A stretch of 64,000 bases of DNA. Origin: Heteronotia binoei. Lineage: Eukaryota. Made by a program: the position numbers and the translations under genes. The notes under the pieces were generated by a model. The model was not told where the DNA came from, did not search any database, and worked only from the letters and a program-made list of their open reading frames with translations. Every line of letters starts with the position of its first letter. The first letter of the stretch is position 1. Of the stretch, positions 22,946 to 35,515 are shown in pieces. The stretch covers positions 52,452,001 through 52,516,000 of the forward strand of contig NC_083223.1 of NCBI RefSeq assembly GCF_032191835.1, read 5' to 3'.

Positions 22946-25945
22946 ACTACTAAAATGTTTCTTGGTCATCATTACAACAATGGGTGCAGCTAATGGATTT
23001 TTAAAAATTATTTATATTGCATTCTTTCTCAGAGAGGAATCAGAAGTGACTATTACATTCATGCATGCACTTCCAAAGGCTAACATCTCAATTTCTTGTT
23101 ATTTTGCATTGCCTCTGAACACCGCTGAAATGCTCACATATGAACCAAGTACCAGTTCAAGTGACTATAGTTATGGAAATGTGGAGGTTCAAGCCTGAGT
23201 GAATCTGAACCACAGGCACCCCGGATATCTCTGTGTCAGACTGGGTGCATAAGCCATGCAATCTTATTTGATGAAGCTACCTAAGCTATAGCAGCAGAGA
23301 AGAAATTGGTAAAGAAAATGGACTGCTCATTTTTTCATGTGACTTGAATACTGCTCACTGGACAAATCTGCACTTTAAAAAACAGATATTTTGAGGCAAA
23401 AACATGAGAATATTTGATTATGTCATAGTCTGTGATGTTTCAAGCTGCAACAGTTAGTGTATTTATCAAAAACAAGCATACGACACCCCCCCCAAAAAAA
23501 TTGTATAGAAGTTGTGTAATAACTTAGGCATAACAATAACATCAACAGAAAAGGCAAGAGTCATAAAATCATAGGAAAAGAATTTTATCAGACTTGCTCA
23601 GTAATATTAAATATATCCTACTTGAGCAATGATATACTAGCACAGGTTCCTACAATTTAGGGTTGTTTTCTTGTTCGTTTTTCTGTAAAAGATGGATAAA
23701 ACACTAAGATGGGTGTGAGGACAAAATACAAAGAAGGAAATAGGCATCCCCCCCGCACCCCCATGTATTATTACATTAGGTACATGTACATTAGGTGGTT
23801 AAAGTTCGAGGAAAAGAGAATGGGGAGAATTTCCATCTTGATCAAAATTAGTCTTATGTATTGAATGCATATAATTCTTTAATTCCTTGAAAATAAATTC
23901 AGTTTTAAGGAGGCAGGGTTTTGCATTGACCTGAATCAGGTCCTCAGGTTCTGAGGTGCCAGACTTCCATCTGACTATTCCTGTGTTAGGAGTATTGCTA
24001 CAATTTTAGCCTACTTTCCCAATTTACTTTTATTTTAAAGAAACAATCTGTGGAAATGAACTGACTTGAGAATACTGTGTGTGTTATGGGTACCCAGGGA
24101 TGAGTCATTTGCTGTTAAAGGACTTAATAGGAAATTATTTTCATAATAGGGTTGGATCCAGAGCTGCCCTTTGAATATGACACTCATTGAATCCAACCCA
24201 TAATTTGCATATGCCATTTCTTTATTAAGAAAACAACACTATTTGCCTTTGACTTTTGAGATGTTAATGCTTAATGAAGAGATTAAAAGAGGAGCTTTAG
24301 GTTGGCACCATTGTGGGCATTCAGTTTTCCTCTTTAGCACTTACCACCCACTCCTGCAACATTAACAAACCTATTATGTATAATTTTGAAATTTTATAAT
24401 AACATATAATAACAAGGAACTGTGAATTTCCAAGTGCGTGTTTGGTACTCAGTGCAAAGTCTGCAGAAATCAATGGAAATGTTTATGTGTACATGCGTGC
24501 ACGTGTGCATGTGTACTTTCAAAAAATAATTTTACAGCCATGGCCTGTAAAATGAGCACTAAGGGAGAAATGGTTAACAGCAGCCCTACCCTAACCCAGT
24601 GGTTCCATGCACAGAAACAAATTCCTGAATGTACAAAGCACTCACTGTTGGGGAAGCCTGCCATTGAATCCAGGCCCAAAAAGATCAAATCTTTGTTTGC
24701 TGGGTTTTTCATTATAGATTTTTCACTCTCTTCTCTCTTCTTGAGTTTCTTTTCCCCCTAAGTGTCTTTCAAGAATACACCTTTGCTTACATTTGTTCTA
24801 TTTCTTTAAAAAGGTTTTAAAATTATTTTAAAGCAGAAGCACTATCTAAAACACATCATTTCTAAAGGTTCATTGAGATATTGTTTTCAGTGTGTGTGTG
24901 TGTGGGGGGGGGGAATGCATGACTTTCTTCCCTGTTGTAGTTCCAGACCTGTCTACTTGTGTCCTAAATTGTACATTTTCTAAAAACAAACATAACTGTC
25001 TGAAGGTGCTTTCATGTTACAAAAATTTAGTCTTTGTATTAAAATCTGGGTCCAAACTCCAAGGTAAGGAGGAAAGATAACTCAACTAAGAGCAGTCCTA
25101 AACAGGGTCTGCCCAGAATCCTGCACTGTTCTATTGAATGAGGCTTGCTCCCAGGTAAGTGTTCTTAGCATTGCACTGTTTCCAGAATTCTACTGCTGTG
25201 AGGCTGTAATATTGTGTTTTGCTCTCCGAAGCTGTGTACTTCTATATAGAAACAAGAATATAGTACTTGTTTGTACATACACTAAACATACTCTATGTAT
25301 GGGCAGAGAAAGAAGGTAAGGATAGATGGTCCAAAATAAGAAAGTGCATAATGTCATAAAGGAAGAATGTGATTTTTGCTGCCTCCTTTCTGGTGGCTGT
25401 CCCTAGGGCAGAATCCAAGAAAGAGGTGCCCAATAGTTGTGTGTATCTTGTTTTCTAAAAGTGTTGCCTATTATTTGTGAATGCAAGTCTTTAAGCCTTT
25501 AATGATGCTACCATCTGGTGAGCATCGAATGTTCACAAGATGTCTTATTTATTGGTTAGTCAATAAACCAACTGAGGAGACACAATTGAGACACATTTGA
25601 GGAGGAACCACATCTCATTGCTAGAGCATCTGCTTTGCATGCAGGATGCCCCAGGTTCAATTCCTGGTATATCCAATAGGATAGAGAGAAATTCACAGCA
25701 AGTAGGGTGCTATTTTCATTCCTGTTGCTGTTCATGTAGAAGCTGATATTTCTCCATTCAGAGCTTTCAATGTGCATTCTTTAAGTACAAAGAACACCCA
25801 CTCCAAAAGTTTCTGGAATGAGACTTTTCACTCATCACTGCACAGGATGCACTGCACACATACACTTCCACAGGATGGCCCTAGTTTATACAGAATAATC
25901 AGCTTCCTTAAAGACTCAATTTGTGAAAAGGTAACAAAGTTTGGG

Positions 25946-26160
25946 GCTCTGACCTGAATAGCTCAGGCTAGCCCAGTCTTGTGAGATCTCATAAGCTAGG
26001 CAGGGTCGGACCTGGCTAGTATTTGGAAGGGAGACCACCAAGGAGTACTGGGGTTGTAACATGGAGGTATGCAATTGCAAATCTCCTCTTAATATCTCCT
26101 GCCTTGAAAACTCTATGGGTTCACCAAAAGTCATCTGTGACTTGATGGTACTTTCCACCT
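25946..26160 (+). mobile_element. 5S rRNA-derived SINE (5S-Sauria type)
   Basis: gatctcataagctaggcagggtcggacctggctagtatttggaagggagaccacc aligns to 5S rRNA, followed by a non-5S 3' part shared with other copies. Confidence 0.75.
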
Positions 26161-26217
26161 CAACAAAGTTTGGGACAAATAAGTCAAGTTACTATACAAT
26201 TGACAGTCTTTTCCCAC

Positions 26218-26575
26218 TGGATGTTAAGCTTAAAACTGGAAAACTAATTTCTCTCTCAAGTTGTGTTCTTTGTTTCACACACAGAGACTGTTTATAGTAT
26301 TGGAACAGTCTTCTCCAGAGTCTATTGTTTTTCCAAAGCCACACCACGCTGGCTCTGAAACAGACTCTGTTTTTTAGACCTTTCTCACACTACAGAGTCT
26401 CAAAAGCCACCACTCAATCTCCAACCAGCCTCTAACTGCCTAACAGCCACCCTCTTCTCGACAGCTGCAGTTCCCCAATCAGAGTGAATTCTATGGGCTG
26501 TCAATAAGGTCAGCTAATTCTCTCTCTGCCAAGCAGCACTGCCTTTAAGCATGCTTCTGCTTGCTGTCTGTCACA
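26218..26575. mobile_element. Possible solo LTR remnant
   Basis: TG...CTGTCACA ends, imperfect 5-bp flanks CCCAC/ACCAC. Left boundary uncertain. Confidence 0.3.
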
Positions 26576-27313
26576 ACCACAATAATTTCTATAAAGTCAA
26601 GAACTTTTGATGGAGGGTGGCTTGGAATAATTCTCTGGTGATGCAGCAAGCACATCATTACTCCTATAAATGGAGCTAGCCATTTTGAGTAGGTTTCTTC
26701 TTTAACCTTAGTTCTTGACATAACCTTGAAGTTTTGTTGTTCTTGTAGACAGATGCTAGTGATTCGTATTAACTTGCTGGATAACCAGAAGTATTCTTGA
26801 GTTTTAATGTTCAGAACTGCAGCCTGAGAAAGCAGATTTGTTTACTCTATGGTCTATGCCACTGATGGGCTTGCCAACAATGAACTGTCCATGGTGCTTA
26901 CACTCAGAATGTGCCTTTTAAAAAAAAAGGTTGCATGGGTTTTAAAACATGGGACCAACACGAATTGTGCCCACTTTCCTACTGATATATTCTTTCATCT
27001 TATCATTCAGTAAATTTAAATCCCCTTTTGTTGGTCTGAAAAAGACCATGTTTACCATAACTATTTCCAAATAGAGGTTTCCGCCAGTTAAGTTTGCTTT
27101 GTTGCAGAAATTACCATGTAGCAAGAGCAGTTTATGAAATATTACTGTCTTGCAAGTTCATCTACTTGTAAGTTGCTATGACATCCATTTCCCTCACTCA
27201 GAGGCAAGATTTCCCTTCCATTTTTCTTTTCCCTTTCTGAGTGAGCAGCCCTAGTGGTCTACTTTCTGAAGAACTTTGGCTGTCCACCCTATGTCACTAT
27301 GATATTTTACTGC

Positions 27314-28164
27314 TGACTCAGCCCAGGAACCTGAGGGAAGGGTCAGGATCACCCTTTCATGTAAAGAACTAAGAATGCCACTTAAAACCTTTTGAAGTTC
27401 AAAATTATATTCAACATAAAGGGGGAGGGGCAGCTGAAATCAGGGGTTGAAATTTCTGAGGTAACTCAATATAGATAACTGAGGTAAAATCAGTACATGC
27501 AGAGACTTTAGTTCTTGTATTTCAGGCTAATGAGAGTTTCTTAAGCTATTCACAGTTAATTAAATCTTTTATGTTGAGAGGCTTTTGTTCTGGAGTTTTC
27601 TCACACTCCAGTGCACTTTCTTTGAGTATTCTCTGACTCTTGGTTTCCAGAATGCTAGTGCACTCTTTCCAGTACCCAAACCCCTCCTCTTGAAAAGCCA
27701 GTTCTTGTCTTGAGTCTTTAACTGACTCTTAAGTTTTCTATAGGCAGTTTCTAACCAGACCAGGGATCTGCACTCTTCAGACCTAACTCCCTGTTTGACT
27801 GGGTAGGGAAATTCTTTTCTCACTAGAAAATCTATCCCCTTTGGCCCGAATGGGAGTCTTTGCCTACTTCCCAAACTTGCTTGCCAACTTCCTTCCAGTT
27901 CTCCTGCCTGTGTTAAATTGCTTTCAGTTAGGGCTGAATTTCAAAACTGTCAGTACTTTACTCTTCTCAGCTAGGGCTGAAATCAGACTGAATTCTCCTC
28001 AGCATCTAGTTCAGAAGTCTTTTTCTGTTCAGCTAATGCTAAACAGTCAGATTGCTTGAAGCAACTTGTCACTGAAGGCTCTCTGGCTCTGTGAAGAAAA
28101 CCCTTCACAGTCCTATACCTGTTTCTGCAGCACTTCTAAGATTTTAAAAGTGCATTCTGTCACA
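27314..28164. mobile_element. Possible solo LTR remnant
   Basis: TGACTCAG...CTGTCACA ends, imperfect 5-bp flanks ACTGC/GCTGC, same right terminus as the 26575 candidate. Left boundary uncertain. Confidence 0.35.
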
Positions 28165-31100
28165 GCTGCAAATAGGTAACTCTCTCATTTCAATGACTGG
28201 TGGAAAAGGGTGGCATTGTAAAATAAATGTGAAGTTGAAAGGTGATTTTAGTAATCCTGTGGTTTCCATCCTATTTGTACTCCTAGGGATGAATACAAGT
28301 CCTCCATAAAGCATTTGGTTTGTGTTTTTTATTTAGGATTACTTTGTTTCAGTAATGCTACTACAACAACAAGACAACTATTATAACCACACATGTCACA
28401 TTCCACTCAATTTGTACAGAACTACTTGAATGCATGTAGGAACTGAACTGCAACAGTCATGTGTAAATGCATTTCATCTGTGAAAAATTATCTTTTAAAT
28501 ACACATTTCAGTAACAGTTTAGTCTGTGAAGTGAGCAAATAGTAATTTTTGACAGATTAGATCATATGATGCATAACCATCTCTGATTTAGAATTTTTAT
28601 TTTCAGTGTCATAGCCATCCAATTAAAAACAAAAGCTATAGGGTAAAATTCCAAAGCAATTAACTCACATTTTCTTAAGAATCAAACTTAGTCAACTTTG
28701 TTGAGGCTATTTGAACAATTAAGCTAATGGAGAAGTTGTTTGCCTTCAATGGACCTGAAAGCTATATAAAATTGAAGTCCCTAGATCCAGTTCCATCCTT
28801 GATCCCCATTAAATGCTTTAAAAAGTACAATGGGCTTAATTTACTGGTGGTGGCAGTTTAAATAGAATGTCAGTTGTCATCTTGATATTGTATTCCCAAG
28901 ATACCTCCCTTCTTAATTTGTTGCTTTCCCCCTGCTGTAAAGAAAATTGAGTTTAACACATTCAAATGGAACAGCATTTCACTAGTGCTGGAGACCCAGC
29001 ATCTGCAGTACATTCACATGCTCTTTTCATAAATGGATAGTAGTGATAGTTAATATAAGCACATACAGAGTACATTTCTAATTTTTACAAAATCTGACAG
29101 ATTTCTAGGCTGGCCTTGTAAAACTAAGGAGCACTTACAAGAGGAGATGCCTCTCATTTCAATCTGCCTCACAGGGCTGTTGAGATGATAAAATGGAGGA
29201 GAGCAGAACAAAGTAAGGTGCTTAGGGTCCCTATTGGGGAGAGAAATGGGGTATAAATGAAGTAAGTAAGTCAATAAATAACATGAAGGACATCTATTGT
29301 TTATGGAACCCTGAAAACAGAGTTATGGAATCAGCATTATACCTTTAAGAACATTGTGCTGTATGTACCCAGCGAGTTACCAAGGAACTCACAGGATGAA
29401 TCTGCAGATTTCTAAATGCAACAACATGCATATATGAAACAGCCATCAGCGATCAAACACCAGATCATTTTTGTATTTCCCATCACCACATCAAGCACAA
29501 TGCTTTTCAAAGAAGGCAGATCATATTTCAGCAACTAGACATCAGACGATGAGATTTTGAGTGATGCATCCACATACATTCATCAGCTATTAGGTTGCAT
29601 CTGAACCAAGAGCTTTTTACTTTCACTAAGAAACAGGAGGTAATTTCTGCAAAGACAACATATTAGGGCACAAGTTAGCTCACTACTTTGTCTCTGTGCC
29701 TCCATGCTAACAGTGTCTCGTCTACTATGCGGATATGAGGGAAAGCTGCCAGAGTTCAGTCAGCTATTTAATGAGGCTGGAATAATGAAAAACTTCCTCT
29801 AGGTGGCTGAGCTTTGCTCTACAACCATTGGATGTGCATAAGGAGCAGAGGGATAGAACCTGGCTGAAGAAAATTCAACTGGACATTCTGTATAATGCAC
29901 ACCTCATTGTTTATTTTTGTTGTATGTCAATTTAAATCTAATACAAAGAAATCAATAACTGCAACATTGTACTCAGTTCTCCTGAGACATACTTGGAAAT
30001 TTAGAAAGGGTTTCCCTGAAACTGCAAAGGAATACAAAAGTTAGTTCAAGTAATAGGAAGCGAGACAGACACAGAAGCAAAGACCAAAAAGTTCAACCGT
30101 TTAGACTGTTCATTATTTTAAAGAGAATAGGGAGAGGTACAGGCACGTATTGTCTGCCTTGCCATGTTCCTTTAATTTTCTGTGATGGCTTCCTCCCTCA
30201 GCCTCAATGGCTAAGAATGGTGCAATTGAGCTTTACTTTAGACTCCATTAAGCATTCGGATGAATGGGGGTGATTTTTTCAATTGCCCCCTCCAGCTGGA
30301 GGTCTCTGAAGATCCCTTCTTGCTGTTCGGGAGGGCGGGTTGTCCCATGTCTCTAGGAGTAGCATATCAGAAGGCTTTTGTTTGCAGTAAGGCTGGAAAC
30401 AAGGAAGTCCCACCTCACTGATAAAAATCACTCCCACATTTTCCATAGGATCCAAGCTATTTCTTGTTATAAAAGAAAGCTTTCAATGGAAAATAGCTAC
30501 CACAGTACTATCTTTTTAGTGTTTACCTTGTGATTAAGCGATGCATGCTTCATGAGAACCAAAAACACTAGTTGGGAGGTAGAAATCAGGAGGAAAGATG
30601 TCCCACAGCAGGAGCTGACAGCTAGCTGCTAAGGGAAAGAACGTCAAGTTCATTCTCTTATTGCCAGAAATAAATATTTTAGGCAGGAGAGGGCAAGTAG
30701 AAGAAAAGGAAACGACAGAAATATGAGGGGAAATAATGTGGAAAGGAAATATATGGACTGGGTCCATCTGGCATTGCTCCCCCTGTCCCAAGTCTGTTCA
30801 TTAATCAAGGTCCCAAATTTTACAGATTTTGATTTATTCATGAGCTAGAAGATAAGTTCTATTACCTCCTGGTGAAAATGTCCTTCACCCTGCCTAGATC
30901 AGTAATTATATCAGTCAGTTAAATAATACGACCTAAAAAAGGAACAATAAAATACCCACTTTAGTCAGAAGCCATGATGACATGGCAACTATGGGAGATT
31001 AGGATATCTAATTTATGCTTCGGGTCTCATTTGAATTCCTTGGGCATTCCTATCTGAGTTGTAACAGGCAGCTACACATAAATGGTTATAATATACTCAC

Positions 31101-31266
31101 TTTTTTCTGCTTTAGCAAACTCGGACCTCGTTTAAGCTTGTCTGTGTCTTAAGGAAACAAATGCCTTGGCATAAGGGTGACTAACAAGTCATGTTAAATA
31201 GTGGGTTTGTGGACTTTACAAAGCACAAGAATCCTGCACTTGGCAAGAATGATCATGACCAATAAG

Positions 31267-31452
31267 CAAGGCTTTTGTCCGGGGGTGGGGGTGGGTGGGA
31301 AGGGGGGAACGCGGCAGAATGGAGTTCTGGAGCCTCTTCATGGAAACAAATTCTCAACATTTTTTTTTTAAAGTTCATGAGGGGCACCCATGTGTTTCTC
31401 CTTCATTTCCCTTGAGAGTTCTGATACTTCTTTTTCCAGAAAAAAAGCCCTG
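31267..31452. mobile_element. hAT-type MITE
   Basis: Ends CAAGGCTTTT / AAAAAAAGCCCTG; TSD CCAATAAG/CTGATAAG (6/8). Interior is the reverse complement of 7839-8004. Confidence 0.75.
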
Positions 31453-31519
31453 CTGATAAGGAGTGGGAAGCACCAGAACTCATAGACACATGAAGAGGGA
31501 AGGTTCCAAAGAGACTTCT

Positions 31520-31800
31520 GATCTTTTAACAGGCATGGTGCATGCTTTAATCCAGCTTTCCCGTGTGTTTTTGAAGGGCCCTTTCTAACAAATCATTTGC
31601 ACTACATAACAGACACGGCTAGGAAAGATGTCAGCAGTGACTAGTCTTAAAATTAGATGTTGGGTGGTGGGGGCAATGCATGTGAGTTCTGTAAAGCAGA
31701 AGGCCACATTCAAGGAATCTCAACTGCAGCTAACTCAAATCCCACCACTCTGTGTGAGTGTATTGTTCACTGCCCTTTCAAGGCAGGCAATCACAGTATA
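31520..31800. repeat. Unassigned repeat, copy A
   Basis: Aligns in direct orientation with 37650-37945; core 31719-31773 is 50/55 identical to 37861-37915. Confidence 0.7.
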
Positions 31801-33902
31801 GCACTCATTAGTATTCTGACTGTCAAGTGGTGCTCAGTGATTGTCTTGCGCTCTGATTAAAAATTAAATAAAATTAATGTTGCACCATCCCCCCATTGCC
31901 AGGTGCACATGATTGTTTGGGCTTCTTTCCCCTACGTTGTGGGGGAATAAAAGGCAACAATTTGAAAAAACCAGACATGCTGCCATTTGAGTCTGATAAA
32001 CACTCCACAGCGGTACAAAATCCGTCTCATCTTTTTGCATAATGTCTACAGGATGCTTCAATTCCCTCAGTGATAGCAGGGAAGCTGGTGGTTTGTTGTT
32101 GTTTTTTTAAGGCACTGCAGCTCTTCCCGATCTTGAGTGAGGATGGAAGAAGCAGACGGACGTGATTATGATCCTAATCGGGTCACAGGAAATGGCTCTG
32201 TGAACTACAACAAGCCGATCTGTACACTGGGGGGATGTGAGCGATTGTCTTTTCCCCTGCTCTGCTTTGTCCTACCATAACCTTCAATTATGAGGAGAAT
32301 TGCTCTGATATGTTTCCTTGCTTGAAAATATGACACAACAACAGGGATGGCTTGAATGCGCAAGCATTTTTAGCCGACAATATCTAATTCTTTCTGCTGC
32401 TCTTTTCAGGTTCTTCTCACTGCTCTTTTCAGGCAGATGTGACACTAAACTCTGCATTTTAATAAGCAACAATGAAGCTATAGTCTCCAGTTAAGGCAAT
32501 TTACAAATAGAAAACAAATTTTCACTGGCAGATCTCTCCTACTGGAAAAAGACAAGAAGCTGCTGAGGAGGTGGGGGGGGGGGGGTCACTGTGTGCACTG
32601 TCAAAGGGATTGTTCATGTTGAAAGCTCTGACTCTGGCAAAGGGTAAAAGAAAGAAGCCATCACCAGACCTTTTATCTCCTCACTTGACTTTATATGTAG
32701 TAGTCAGAACTTTTGGGGTGACACCACTGTTTGAGGCTGGAATCATCATGCAAATCCACAGGTAGTCTTTCCCTTCAAATATTCCTGGATCTGGACAAAG
32801 CAATACCCTTCTTCTCCACACAAAAACACTGTTTTGCTCAGCATCTTGTAAATAAAATTTCTTACACCCATTCTGACTTGGACTCTATGTTACCAGTGGC
32901 AAAACGAGAATACCCTCTTGGATTAACACCTGCCCATTAGGGTAGAAACAACCTTTAAGACACAAGGATGCTGCCAAAAATCACAATAACACATCACTTC
33001 CCCCCCCCCACCTCTGGTACAATTCAGCTCTCATTCTGATGTCATATATACGGTACTTTTCATCAGCCAATACTGCAGGAAAGGGGCCCAAACCATGTGA
33101 CACAACTTCAGAACACAGGACGAAGTATGCTAGATCATACAAAGGTCAAAAGAGAATACCCGGGTGGATATGGTGCTGTTATTTTATTTTAAACATTTAT
33201 TTATTTCATGGTGGTGCCATTCGTGGAACATTTAGCCCTGTGCTTGAAAGCTGGCCATGAAATTCACCCCTCTTCACCCCTTCAAACAATATCAGAAATG
33301 GATTTGAAAATCTGAAGGATTCTGTGAGATTTTTAAAAGGAGTTGGATAAGATTAATGAGATTTCCCAGAGCACTTTTCACACATCCTTAGTCTTACCCT
33401 GAAGCATTTTTTAAAAGTTCCTATTCATATTGTTTGTATGTGATGCATTTATTTGTTTCGTTCACAGTCTGTCTTTTTCAGTGAGACTCAAAGTGGATGA
33501 CACAATTTAAAATACAATAATAAGTGAGAGCAAGAGCTGTGAGACCATTCTAGCAAAGAGGAACAACGCAACAGGTTGGGAGAACTAAAGCCAAAGGCTG
33601 ATTCGCTATCTGAGAGGAAGGGGATCGTGGACTGGATTCCCCAATATGCAATTGAACTGCAAAGTGCAGCTGCCCTGGGAGGGGGAAGGAAGTAATGTAG
33701 GGGTTCAAAAGGCTTAGAAAGTTCACAGTCCCAGGGCTTCAATACCAGCCATGCTGTTACAGTGCATTTCCCTTTTCACCTAGTATTAAGAAAATACAAT
33801 CCACACACGATGCGGGCCGCTATGATTTCTGATCAAGGGGATACCTATGAGAAAATGCGAATGCAACAGTTTTAATGTATGGGGCAGCCGACGAGCCTCC
33901 CT

Positions 33903-34001
33903 GCCTGAACAAGAGTTCTGCCAGTGTCAAAAGTCTGCAATCTTTTACCCACAGACGTTAGTCCAATAAAAAGCTATCATCTCTCCTGGGCTGTGTGTCT
34001 C
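33903..34001 (+). mobile_element. Ancient Penelope-like terminal relic
   Basis: cctgaacaagagttctg...cccacagacgttagtccaataaaaagctatcatctc resembles the recalled reptile PLE terminus (cctgaagaagagctctg...aacagaagttggtccaataaaagatattacctc). Confidence 0.5.
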
Positions 34002-34624
34002 AAAGTGTTACAGAGCCAGGCTTCTGACAAATGAATTGCAGAAGCTCTGAATTGTAGCAAAGGGCACCTCTCAGGCACTGCCATTCTTCACCAATTACAG
34101 CGATGGTTTCTCCATATTGCATTATAAAGGAAACTGCCGAGGCTATGCAGGAAGAACTAAGATATATTGGCTTGGCCTGATCTTAAATCATTATAGCTGT
34201 GACAAGCATTCCTCTGCATGAGGCATGAGGAGCAGCGAATAAGGTCAAAGCATCGTTCTCCTTAGCTGTTAAAAACACTGTAAACCCGATGTGGGTGTCT
34301 TATATGCCCATTCTAACAATGTTCTTCTTACAAGATTGCAATAAGATTTACCTTTCTAATAATAATTTGGATTGAGATGACGAGCTACTACTCTGTGAAT
34401 TAGGTTAGGCTGAGAGAGAATAACTGGCCCAAAATCACCATGCACACTTCCATGGCAGACTGGGGATTTGAGTCTGTTATGGTTTCACGATACTGGCTCT
34501 AAACTGGACCTATTTTTTTTTTGTAATCCTCATCCTATTACATTGCTTATTAGATGCCCCACCTTGTTGATGGAATTCTGCTCTGTAGTCTGCCTTGAGT
34601 CTTGGTGAGAATGGAGAGCTATAA

Positions 34625-35515
34625 ATAGTGTTAATATAAAAATATTTATTTTATTTTGTTCAATTTTTAGACTGCCCTTCCCTGTAAAACAGGGTTCAGG
34701 GTGGTGTACATCAGGATTTTTACATAATTTAAAATAATTTTACATAATTAAAAATCATAACTTAAAACTGTAAGAAATGTACAACAGTAAGTAATCAACA
34801 GATTGTGATAAGCTGTCAGAATTTGCCATTGCCTCGTCAGGGAAGCAGGAGTGCCAGTCAAATGGAAAAACTATCGGTGTCCTCAGCTGTGAACCTGGTG
34901 GAACATCTCTGTCTTACATGCCCTGTGGAACCTCAATAGGTCCTGCAGGAGATGGATGTCACTCAGCAGAGAGTTCCATGAGGTTAGGCCAGGGATGAAA
35001 ATTCACTGGCCCTGGTCAAGAACAGCCAGATGTCTCTTGGGCCAGGGACTACTAGCAAGTTCTTATCAGCAGAATCTAATGCCCTTCAGGGGGGTATACC
35101 ATGTGAGGTGGACCTGAAGATATGTGGGTCCCTGACTGTTTAAGGCCTTAAAGGTTTATGCCATAACCTCAAACCTGATCTGGTATTCCACCAGAAACCA
35201 GTGCAGCTCACGGAGCAAAGGATGGATATGTGTTATGCATGGGGTTCCCTGTAAGGACCTGAGCTGCTGCTTTCTGGATCAGTGGGAGTTTCTGGATCAG
35301 ACTAAAGGTAGCCCTAGATAGAGCAAGTTACAGTATTGCAATCTGGAGGAGACCGTTGCATGGATTACAGTGGCTAGGTTGGGAAGAGACAGGTAGGAGG
35401 CCAGTTGCCTGATTTAGTGCGGCTGGAAAAATGCCACTCTGGCAACAATTGTGATCTGGGCCTCCACTGATAAGGAGATGTCCAAGATCACACCCCGGCT
35501 CTTGCGGTGCTTGAG
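34625..35515 (-). mobile_element. Degenerate L2 3' fragment
   Basis: L2 tail (agactgcccttccc...cagggtgg) near 34670; ccagattgcaatactgtaac (LDYCN-like) near 35330-35350; decayed CpGs. Confidence 0.75.

Noticed and set aside
25960-26050. 5S rRNA gene
   Set aside because: Many substitutions, no 5S 5' end or T-run terminator, and fused to a SINE 3' part; it is SINE-derived.
31755-31775. miR-34/449-like sequence (GTGTATTGTT, GGCAGTG on opposite strands)
   Set aside because: The matching pieces are on different strands and there is no pre-miRNA hairpin.
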